Source of the DNA: Dehalococcoidia bacterium
Lineage (GTDB): Bacteria; Chloroflexota; Dehalococcoidia; Bin125
Assembly (NCBI GenBank): GCA_022822855.1
Contig: JAJDYG010000009.1
Span: 32,460-96,459, forward strand
Direction: 5' to 3'
Length of the DNA stretch: 64,000 nucleotides
The translations under genes were made by a program, and so were the position numbers. Shown in pieces: positions 17,454 through 25,587 of this stretch. The first letter of the stretch is position 1. Each line of letters begins with the position of its first letter. The notes beneath the pieces are model-generated. The model ran no database searches and was not told where the DNA came from. It saw only the letters and a program-made list of their open reading frames with translations.

Positions 17454-20132
17454 GTGCAGGATTTCTCCATGACCAACGACGAACATCTCCTTGACGGCGT
17501 GCGCGTGATCGAAGTCGGGGACGAGGTCTCCGCTTACGCCGGCAAGCTGTTTGCTGGCCTCGGCGCAGAAGTGATCAAGGTTGAGCCCCCCGATGGATGC
17601 TCTACTCGGAGCATCGGACCGTTTTACCAGGATGACCCAGGTCTCGAGCGGTCGCTGTTCTGGTGGCACTACAGCATCGGCAAACGATCGTTGACGCTCA
17701 ATCTGAACGCCGATGATGGTCGCTCGACGTTGCTGAACCTGCTTGGCACGGCTGACCTGTTCCTCGACGCTCGACCGAAGTCCGACCTTGAGCAACAGGG
17801 ACCCGACGAGGAGGCCGTCCGCGAGGCGAACCCGGACATCGTGATTGCCCGGATGTCTCCGTTTGGCGATTCGGGGCCGTGGGCTGACTATCGGGGTTCG
17901 GATCTGGTCCACCTGGCGCTGGGTGGGCCGATGATGAACTGCGGCTATGACCCTCGGCCCGACGGCACGTACGACACTCCCCCTATCGCGCCGCAGATGT
18001 GGCAGGCGTACCACATCGCCGGGGAGCTGACCGTGATGAATGCGATTGGGGCGCTGATTGATCGGGGGCGTTCCGGCCGAGCGCAGACATTGCACACCGC
18101 GGTGCATGACGCGGTTGCCAAGAACACCGAGCTTGATCTGATGAGTTGGGTCTATCGGCGGGCGCGGTTCTTCCGGCAGACCTGCCGCCATGCGGCTGAG
18201 GTGGTCTCGCCGTTGCCGATGATTGGTCCGACCAAGGATGGGCGCTGGGTAATGGCGCTGCCGCGCGGACGGTCTCAGTCGTTGATCGACTTCCTGGACA
18301 GCTACGACATGGCGGCCGATTTGAAGGACAAAGCGCCGGAGTCGGGCGGCGCGAACACGCGCTCCAGAGGCGAGACCGCCGCCCACCTGCAGGAGGTGTC
18401 GCAGCGGTTGATCCGCAAGTTCCGGTTCGAAGACGTGCCCTGGCGCGAAGCGCAGGACCTGGGTCACCTCTGGGCGCCGTTGCGCAAACCGCATGAGAAC
18501 GCGCTCGATCCTCACTGGTGGGAGCGGGGGAGCTTCGCCAGGGTGGCGCATCCAGAACACGAGGTTGATGGCAAACCGGCAGAGTTCATCTACACGTCGA
18601 GCAAGTGGGTTTCGTCGGAGACGTCGTGGCAGGTCGGGCCGCGCGCCCCGCTGCTCGGAGAGCACAACGAGGAGATCCTCGGCGAGCTGGACGCCGGCTC
18701 CTTGCGTGTGGGGCAGGCTTCTGGCATCTCTCTCCGCGGAGCGGGCGGAGAACAGAACGGGAATGGCCGAGCCGATATCCCGGAAGGGGAGTGCTCGGTG
18801 TCCAGGTGGGGGACGCCGTTTCCGCTCGAGGGGGTTCGCATTCTCGACTTCACCTGGTGGCTCGCCTCGGGCGGCGCGCCGCGATTCCTGTCGGCGCTGG
18901 GCGCGGAGGACATCAAGGTCGAGTGGCATCAGAACATGGACCTGCGGGTCGGCATGGCTCAGTTTCCGCAAGGCGGCAAGGGAGCTCGTGAAGTCCTGGG
19001 GATCAACGATGGACCGTTGCCGCCCGACAACTCGACGATCAACCGCTCAGGGCAGTTCAACGACTTCCACGCAGGACATCGCGGACTCTCACTCAATCTG
19101 CGCGACCCCCGCGGGCTGGAGATTGCCAAGCAACTGGTGTCAATTTCGGACATCGTCGCCGAGGGCTTTTCGCCCGGCGTGATGGAGCGCTGGGGCCTGG
19201 GCTATGAGGTGATGAAGGAGATCAAGCCGGACATCATCTACCTGTCGCAATCGGGGATGGGCCAGGTCGGCGTCTACGGGCGATACCGCACCGTCGGTCC
19301 GATCGCCGCGTCCTTCGGCGCGATCTCCGAGTTATCGGGCCTGCCGGAGCCATATGCTCCGGCCGGTTGGGGGTACAGCTACCTCGACTGGTTCGGCGCG
19401 TACAACCTCGCCAACGCGATGATGGCGGCACTGTACTACCGCGACCGGACCGGCAAGGGTCAGTGGATCGACTCCTCACAGGTTGACGCGGGCATCTATC
19501 TGAACGGCACGTCGGTCCTCGAGTGGTCGGCCAACGGGACGATCTGGCAGCGCTACGGCAACCGCTCGCCGTACAAGCCGGCCGCCCCGCATGGCGCGTT
19601 CCGATGCCGCGACGACATCGAGTCCAGCGACCGCTGGGTCGCGTTCGGCTGCTTCGACGAGTCGGACTGGCAGTCGCTGCGGCGGGTGATGGGCGACGCG
19701 GAGTGGGCGGCATCGGACCGCTTCGCCACGTTGGCGGATCGGCTGGCTAACCAGGACGAATTGGACGAGCGGATTTCGGAGTGGACGCGTCAACATGACC
19801 GCTGGGACTTGATGACGAGACTGCAGGAGGCCGGAGTCGCCGCCGGCGTTTGCCAGGACGCCCAGGACCGGTTCGAGGGCGACCCGCAGCTCGCCCACCT
19901 CAACTGGCTGACCGAGGTCGAACATTCCGAGATGGGTCCCTGGCCGACCAAGGAGGTGCCGGTCAAGTGGAGCGAGACTCCGCCGTTCATGGGCGGGCCG
20001 ATCGACCGGGGCGCGCCGCGTTACGGCGAGGACAACCACTATGTGCTCGGCGAGCTGCTCGGCCTGAGCTCGTCGGAGATCTCCCGGCTGGCGGATGACG
20101 GGGTGATCGCCGAGGGTCTCGCGAAGGTCTGA
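17454..20132 (+). CDS. Family III CoA-transferase (CaiB/BaiF-like), tandem-duplicated fused protein
   Basis: Two CoA-transferase III-like halves. The N-terminal half has VRVIEVGDEVSAYAGKLFAGLGAEVIKVEPP. The second half (from ~aa 460) has VRILDFTWWLASGGAPRFLSALGAEDIKVEW. Confidence 0.8.
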   Translation: MQDFSMTNDEHLLDGVRVIEVGDEVSAYAGKLFAGLGAEVIKVEPPDGCSTRSIGPFYQDDPGLERSLFWWHYSIGKRSLTLNLNADDGRSTLLNLLGTADLFLDARPKSDLEQQGPDEEAVREANPDIVIARMSPFGDSGPWADYRGSDLVHLALGGPMMNCGYDPRPDGTYDTPPIAPQMWQAYHIAGELTVMNAIGALIDRGRSGRAQTLHTAVHDAVAKNTELDLMSWVYRRARFFRQTCRHAAEVVSPLPMIGPTKDGRWVMALPRGRSQSLIDFLDSYDMAADLKDKAPESGGANTRSRGETAAHLQEVSQRLIRKFRFEDVPWREAQDLGHLWAPLRKPHENALDPHWWERGSFARVAHPEHEVDGKPAEFIYTSSKWVSSETSWQVGPRAPLLGEHNEEILGELDAGSLRVGQASGISLRGAGGEQNGNGRADIPEGECSVSRWGTPFPLEGVRILDFTWWLASGGAPRFLSALGAEDIKVEWHQNMDLRVGMAQFPQGGKGAREVLGINDGPLPPDNSTINRSGQFNDFHAGHRGLSLNLRDPRGLEIAKQLVSISDIVAEGFSPGVMERWGLGYEVMKEIKPDIIYLSQSGMGQVGVYGRYRTVGPIAASFGAISELSGLPEPYAPAGWGYSYLDWFGAYNLANAMMAALYYRDRTGKGQWIDSSQVDAGIYLNGTSVLEWSANGTIWQRYGNRSPYKPAAPHGAFRCRDDIESSDRWVAFGCFDESDWQSLRRVMGDAEWAASDRFATLADRLANQDELDERISEWTRQHDRWDLMTRLQEAGVAAGVCQDAQDRFEGDPQLAHLNWLTEVEHSEMGPWPTKEVPVKWSETPPFMGGPIDRGAPRYGEDNHYVLGELLGLSSSEISRLADDGVIAEGLAKV

Positions 20133-20221
20133 CGCCGGCCCAGGGGCTGTGTTCGGCGGGGACTTTTCCGGCGGTTTGTCAGCTCACGGCGAAGCTGAGA
20201 GCAGGTGAGTCCTCCCCAGAA

Positions 20222-20272
20222 AAAAAACAGGCGCGAAAAAAAAGAGAAGACCCGCGTTACAACGGGTCGTCA
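20222..20272 (-). terminator. Rho-independent terminator (minus strand)
   Basis: Hairpin GACCCG-cgttacaa-CGGGTC. On the minus strand it is followed by TCTCTTTTTTTTCGCGCCTGTTTTTTTTCTG. T-runs are rare in this GC-rich sequence. Confidence 0.5.
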
Positions 20273-20562
20273 TCTTGCTCGGACAGCTCCTCCTCCTCGA
20301 TGCGGGCGTCGCAGGATGGTCCATGTTCGGAGGCGGGGACGGCTGGTTCGCGGTCGTAGAGGTCGCGGAGCTTATGGCGTGCGAGCTCGAATGCGTCGGT
20401 GGCCTGGAGCATCTGTTGGATGATTCGGCGTTGGGGGTTGGCGGGGGAGAGCATGCGTGCGAGGGCACCCGCGGCGGCGACGGCAATGTAGGCCGGCCTG
20501 GATGGGTCGGCGAGGCAGGCGAGTCGGTGGACGGTGGCGCGGTAGTGGAGCGGAGTTGGCAT
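20257..20562 (-). CDS. Hypothetical small protein with acidic C-terminus
   Basis: ORF ending inside the terminator hairpin, downstream of the esterase gene on the same strand. No recognisable domain. Confidence 0.3.
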   Translation of the reverse strand: MPTPLHYRATVHRLACLADPSRPAYIAVAAAGALARMLSPANPQRRIIQQMLQATDAFELARHKLRDLYDREPAVPASEHGPSCDARIEEEELSEQDDDPL

Positions 20563-20749
20563 GAGGATGGCCTCCCTGTTCAGAACGGACTGATGTTCTT
20601 ATCCTACGCAGTTTGGGAGGCGATAGGGGAACGGCGGGAGTCTGATCCGGGGTGTGTAGCGTCGAAGACGGGGGCGAAGGGAGAGCCGGGCGGGTCCCCC
20701 CGATCAGGTCGGGGGCAGGCTCCGAGTGAATCGGGGACTGGAAGACTCG

Positions 20750-21910
20750 TTAGAGGGACGCGTAGAGGGCGTCGATGAGGACGGTGCAGCGGGGGTCGTG
20801 GGCGACTTCGGTGCCCATCTGGTTCATGACGTAGCCGAAGCCGATGTTGGCGTCGAGGTCGGCGTAGCCGAGGGAGCCTCCGGCGCCAGAGTGGCCGAAG
20901 GCTCGGGGATTGGGGCCGTAGGGCGTGGATTCTCCGGTGAGGGCCCAGCCGAGTGCGAAGCGGGTGTTGATGCCGATGCAGGCGTCGGGGCCGTTGGTCT
21001 GTTCCTCGATGCCGTTCTCGATGGTTTCCGGACTGAGGACATGGACGCCGTCGATCTGGCCGCCGTTGGCGGCGGCGCCGTAGATGCGGGCCAGGGCGCG
21101 GGCGGTCGCGTGTCCGTTGGCGGCGGGGATCTCGGCGGCCCGCCAGTCGCGTCGCGACGCCATCGCCGGCCCGCCGGGGTTGAAGACCGGCGGATTGACG
21201 ACGGCGACGATGCCAACGCTGTCGGGGTCGCCGAACAGGTCGCTGGTGGGCGGGAACTCGGCGGCGATCTGGGGTTCGATCACGGTCGAGATGCGGGCGT
21301 CGAATTCAGGACCGGTGCCGATGTGGGCGTCGAGGCCTAGGGGCGCGGCGAACTCCTCGCGGAAGTACGTACCCAGCGAGCGGCCGTCGATCCGGCGGAC
21401 CACCTCGCCGACCAGCCAGCCGAAGGTCATGGCGTGGTAGCCGTGCTTCTCGCCGGGTGTCCACCAGGGCTCCTGCTCGGCGAGGGCCGAGGTCATGGTT
21501 TCCCAGTTGAACATGTCCTCGGCGACGAGCTCGCGCTTGACGGCGGCCATGCCTGCCTTGTGGCAGAGCAGCCAGCGGACCGGGATGTCCTGTTTGCCGG
21601 CGGCGGCAAACTCGGGCCAGTACTCGGCGACTGGGGCGTCGATATCGAGCCTGCCCTGTTCGACCAGCCGGTGAGCGCAGAACGCTGTGAGCCCCTTGGT
21701 CGAGGAGTAGACGTTGACGAGCGTGTTGCGATCCCATTCGCGCTCACGGTCGGGCGCGTACCAGCCGCCCCAGAGGTCGACGACGGGCTCTCCGTTGAGG
21801 TAGATGGCGACGGCTGCGCCGACTTCGTTGCGCTCGTCGAAGTTGCTCTCGAACGCTCGTCTGACGGCGTCGAAGCGCGGGTCGTTCCATCCGTGGATTG
21901 GAGTGGTCAT
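20750..21910 (-). CDS. Serine hydrolase, beta-lactamase/esterase (class C-like) family
   Basis: S-x-x-K motif (YSSTKGL). Start placed at MTTPIHGW by alignment with paralog 22084-23244. The upstream part of the ORF-track frame is encoded by the hairpin repeats. Confidence 0.8.
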   Translation of the reverse strand: MTTPIHGWNDPRFDAVRRAFESNFDERNEVGAAVAIYLNGEPVVDLWGGWYAPDREREWDRNTLVNVYSSTKGLTAFCAHRLVEQGRLDIDAPVAEYWPEFAAAGKQDIPVRWLLCHKAGMAAVKRELVAEDMFNWETMTSALAEQEPWWTPGEKHGYHAMTFGWLVGEVVRRIDGRSLGTYFREEFAAPLGLDAHIGTGPEFDARISTVIEPQIAAEFPPTSDLFGDPDSVGIVAVVNPPVFNPGGPAMASRRDWRAAEIPAANGHATARALARIYGAAANGGQIDGVHVLSPETIENGIEEQTNGPDACIGINTRFALGWALTGESTPYGPNPRAFGHSGAGGSLGYADLDANIGFGYVMNQMGTEVAHDPRCTVLIDALYASL

Positions 21911-21930
21911 GGTTGGTCCTTGTGGCTGGG

Positions 21931-22075
21931 AGCCCCCCTCTGCCTTCGGCATCTCCCCCCAGAGGGGGGAGAGAAGGATGGGAGTCAGCATCTCCCCAGA
22001 AGGGGAGAGAGTGAGAGAGGAAGCGGCGTCTCCTTCAGATGGGGAGAGTGGGTAGGAGTCGGCAGCTCCCTATGC
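21931..22075. repeat. Three tandem GC-rich palindromic hairpin units (CTCCCC..GGGGAG type)
   Basis: Units gcatctccccccagagggggagag, gcatctccccagaaggggagagag and gcgtctccttcagatggggagag lie between two co-directional paralogous genes. Confidence 0.75.
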
Positions 22076-22083
22076 GCTAGAAG

Positions 22084-23244
22084 CTAGAGCGAGGCGTAGA
22101 CGGCGTCGATGAGGCCGTTGACTCGAGGGTCTCCACTGAGGTTGTTCTGCATCTGGTTCATGGTGTAGCCGAAGCCGATGTTGGCGTCGATGTCTCCGTA
22201 GCCGAGGGATCCGCCGGCGCCGGGATGGCCGAAGGCTCGGGGGTTGGGTCCGAGGGGCATGAACTCGCCGGTGAGCATGAATCCGAGGCCGAAGCGGGTG
22301 GGGATCATCAGGCAGGTGTCGGGACCCTTGGACTGTTCGGCGATGGCGTTCTCGAGGGTGTCGGGGTTGATCACGTGGATGCCGTCGATCTCGCCTCCGT
22401 TGGCCGCGCCTCCGTAGAGGCGGGCCAGCGAGCGCGCTGTGGCGTGTCCGTTGGCTGCGGGGATTTCCGCGCCGCGCCAGCCTCGGCTGCCGGTGATGTT
22501 GTCTTCGTCGGGTCCGGCGATGGGTGGGTTGGAGAATGCTGCCGCGCCGACGCTGTCCTCGCCCATCATTTCAACGAGGTTGGGGGCATCGGGATCGACC
22601 GGCGCGTTGATCAGGGTCGAGATGCGGCCGTCGAACTCGGGTCCGGTGCCGATGTGCGCGTCCAGTCCGAGGGGCGCGGCGAACTCATCCCACCAGTAGC
22701 GGCCGATGGAGCGTCCGTCGATGCGGCGGACGACCTCGCCGACGAGCCAGCCGTAGGTCAGGGCGTGGTAGCCGTGCTGTTCACCCGGCGTCCACCAGGG
22801 CTCCTGCTCGGCCAGTGCCTCGCACATGGTGTCCCAGTTGTAGAGGTCTTCCATGACCAACGGTCGGCGGACGGCGGCCATGCCGGCGCGGTGCGACATC
22901 AACCAGCGGACGGGCATGTCGCCCTTGCCAGCCTGGGCGAACTCGGGCCAGTATTCGGAGACCGGCGCATCGAAGTCGAGCCGGCCTTCCTCGGCGAGCC
23001 GGTGGGCGCAGAAGGCGGCCAGGCCCTTGGTCGTGGAGAAGACGTTGACGAGCGTGTTGCGGTCCCACTCGCGCTCATGGTCGGCGTCGTACCAGCCGCC
23101 CCAGAGGTCGACGACGGGCTCGCCGTTGAGGTAGACGGAGACCGCTGCGCCGACTTCTCCGTGCTCGGCAAAGTTTGTCGCGAAGGCTTCGCGGACCGCG
23201 TCGAATCGTGGCTCGGTCCATCCGCCGATTGGCGCGTCGGTCAT
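22084..23244 (-). CDS. Serine hydrolase, beta-lactamase/esterase family (paralog)
   Basis: FSTTKGL S-x-x-K motif. Collinear with 20750-21910. Confidence 0.8.
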   Translation of the reverse strand: MTDAPIGGWTEPRFDAVREAFATNFAEHGEVGAAVSVYLNGEPVVDLWGGWYDADHEREWDRNTLVNVFSTTKGLAAFCAHRLAEEGRLDFDAPVSEYWPEFAQAGKGDMPVRWLMSHRAGMAAVRRPLVMEDLYNWDTMCEALAEQEPWWTPGEQHGYHALTYGWLVGEVVRRIDGRSIGRYWWDEFAAPLGLDAHIGTGPEFDGRISTLINAPVDPDAPNLVEMMGEDSVGAAAFSNPPIAGPDEDNITGSRGWRGAEIPAANGHATARSLARLYGGAANGGEIDGIHVINPDTLENAIAEQSKGPDTCLMIPTRFGLGFMLTGEFMPLGPNPRAFGHPGAGGSLGYGDIDANIGFGYTMNQMQNNLSGDPRVNGLIDAVYASL

Positions 23245-23378
23245 GGTTGAAGTCCTTGTCTGTGTGGAGTTTCCATGTGTCCGCAGGCAACGCTAGCAGG
23301 TCGGCCAACGAGTAGCCTGTGCGCGTCAATCTGACCTGGATCGATGACCTGGCTTGATGACCTAGAGGGGGACCTCCA

Positions 23379-24329
23379 ATGCCGAACGTACCGACCGAAG
23401 CTGACGTGCTGGCGATGATGGACTCGCTGTCCAACTGGGGACGATGGGGCGACGATGATCAGTTGGGCACGCTGAACTATGTGACGCCCGAAGTGCGCCG
23501 GGCGGCTGCGGCGCTGGTGACTGAGGGCGTGTCTGTATCGTGCGCCTGGGACATCGAGAACACGCATCAGCCGGACCACGCGATGGGCACGCCGCAGCGG
23601 TTCATGGTTGCGACCGGTGAGTCGGCGGCGGCGATCGCCGAGGCTGGGGTGTCGCGTATGGGCGGTGCGATGGAGTTTTTCGGACTGGTCTATCACGGAT
23701 ATGCGATCACACATCTGGACGGACTGTGTCACATCTTCTGGGACGGAAAGATGTACAACGGCAAGGAGGCGCGGCTGGTGAACTCGACCGCGGGCGCGAC
23801 CAACCTGCCGATCACTGAGCTGCGGGACGGGATCGTGACTCGCGGAGTGCTGCTGGATGTGGCGGCGGCCAAGGGCGTCGATTGGATGGAACCGGGTGAG
23901 GGCGTCTTCCCGGAGGATCTCGAAGCGGCCGAGGAACGCCAGGGCGTCAGGGTGCGCGTGGGCGACGCAGTTCTATTGCGCACGGGCTACGGCAAGCGCA
24001 AGCGAGAGGTTGGGCGGGAGGCGCTGCTGGAGACCGGATTCCCCGGATACCACGTCGCCTGTCTGCCGTGGCTGCACGAGCGCGGAGCGGCGGTGATCGG
24101 CGCGGACACGGCGACCGATGTCAACCCGTCGGGCTATCAGACGCTGGGCATTCCGATCCACGCCGTCGGGATTGTGCATATGGGACTCTGGCTGATGGAC
24201 AACATGCAACTCGAGGATGTCGCCGAAGCCGCCAATCGCTACGGACGGCACGAGTTCCAGTTCGTGCTCAGTCCGCTGCGGATCATCGGCGGGACAGGGA
24301 GTCCGGCGAATCCGTTGGCGATCTTCTAG
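23379..24329 (+). CDS. Cyclase family protein (kynurenine formamidase-like)
   Basis: HGYAITHLDGLCH motif (HxGTHxDxxxH-like), typical of the putative cyclase family. Confidence 0.7.
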   Translation: MPNVPTEADVLAMMDSLSNWGRWGDDDQLGTLNYVTPEVRRAAAALVTEGVSVSCAWDIENTHQPDHAMGTPQRFMVATGESAAAIAEAGVSRMGGAMEFFGLVYHGYAITHLDGLCHIFWDGKMYNGKEARLVNSTAGATNLPITELRDGIVTRGVLLDVAAAKGVDWMEPGEGVFPEDLEAAEERQGVRVRVGDAVLLRTGYGKRKREVGREALLETGFPGYHVACLPWLHERGAAVIGADTATDVNPSGYQTLGIPIHAVGIVHMGLWLMDNMQLEDVAEAANRYGRHEFQFVLSPLRIIGGTGSPANPLAIF

Positions 24330-24446
24330 TACGGCACTCCCTCGCCAAGGGGCGGCAACGGCTCCAACCCCTGATTCATTCAGGTGGCTGCCTGAGGACC
24401 AAGCGGGTCCCCGAACGAGTCGGGGACTGGGAGAGGGAGCGCGCCT

Positions 24447-25487
24447 TCACGCGTTTGGCGTGATGTGGACCTTGATCGACTTTGAGCTCTTGTCGAGGGC
24501 GGTATCGAATGCCTGGTTGATGCCGTCAAGGCCGAATCGATGGGTGATCAGTGACCGCGCCTCTTCCGTGCAGCCGGCGAGGACTTCCAGCGCCTGCTGG
24601 TAGTCGGGGGCTCGTCCACCCAGGGCCCCGTAGGTGACGGCGCCGACCATCGTGATCTCTTTGCCGAGCAAGGTGAGCGGATTGAAGCCGGCGTTGTCGA
24701 TGGCGAAGACGCCGAGCACGATGACGCGGCCGAGGCGGCGGACGACGTCAACGGACTGGCGGATGGTGTCGGCGTGCCCGCCGACGCACTCGGCGACGAC
24801 GTCGATGGCGTCGTCGTCGGTAAGCTCCTTGAGGCGTTGTTGCCCGGCATCGTCCTCGCCGATCACCTCGGCCGCTCCGAGCGCTCGGGCGGCTTCCTGT
24901 TGATGCGGATGTCGAGCGAGGACGATGACGTTGGCTCCGGCGGCCTGGGCCGCGAGTTGGGCGGTGAGGCCGATGGTGCCGGCTCCGATGACGAGGACGG
25001 TTTCTCCCTGGCCCAGGGTGGCCATGTTGTAGCCGTGGACGCCGCAGGCGAGCGGCTCGGCGATAGCTGCGACTTCGCCGTCGACGTTGGGCGGTGCTTT
25101 GAAGACGGCAACGCCCGGCGCGAAGACGTCCTGTGCCATGCCTCCGTCGACCGCGATGCCGATCAGTCCTCCGGCGACCTGGCACTGGTTGTAGTGGCCG
25201 GAGATGCAATGTCCGCATTGACCGCAGCGCAGCAGCGGCTCGACGCCGACGACATCGCCTTCCTTGACATGATCGACGCCTGGGCCGACGGCGGCGACGA
25301 TCCCGCCGATCTCATGGCCGGGCGTGCGCATCGACGTTGGCTCGAAGTCTCCGCGGTACCAGTGCAGGTCGGAGCCGCAGATGCCGGCGTTGACGACCTG
25401 GACTCGCACTTCGCCCTCGCCGGGAGCACGCTGCGGGTCGTCGAGGAGGCTGAGGGTTCGGTCAGAATTCCAGGCGGCGCGTCGCAT
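24447..25487 (-). CDS. Zinc-dependent alcohol dehydrogenase (threonine/sorbitol dehydrogenase-like)
   Basis: AGICGSDLHWY and GHEIGG motifs, and a GAGTIG Rossmann segment. Start set at the internal Met MRRAAW. Confidence 0.8.
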   Translation of the reverse strand: MRRAAWNSDRTLSLLDDPQRAPGEGEVRVQVVNAGICGSDLHWYRGDFEPTSMRTPGHEIGGIVAAVGPGVDHVKEGDVVGVEPLLRCGQCGHCISGHYNQCQVAGGLIGIAVDGGMAQDVFAPGVAVFKAPPNVDGEVAAIAEPLACGVHGYNMATLGQGETVLVIGAGTIGLTAQLAAQAAGANVIVLARHPHQQEAARALGAAEVIGEDDAGQQRLKELTDDDAIDVVAECVGGHADTIRQSVDVVRRLGRVIVLGVFAIDNAGFNPLTLLGKEITMVGAVTYGALGGRAPDYQQALEVLAGCTEEARSLITHRFGLDGINQAFDTALDKSSKSIKVHITPNA

Positions 25488-25587
25488 CGGTGGCTCCCAT
25501 CGGCTGCCTTCAGGCATCGGCTCGTGCGCCGCAAGGCTAACAGTCAGCAAAGCGGCCCGGCAGTCGACTGCCGATAGGCTGATTGCC

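Noticed and set aside
21931-22075. Possible CRISPR array or coding N-terminus in the tandem hairpin repeats
   Set aside because: There are only three short palindromic units with no unique spacers of regular length and no cas genes in the window. The ORF-track N-terminal extension of the esterase is just the repeats translated.
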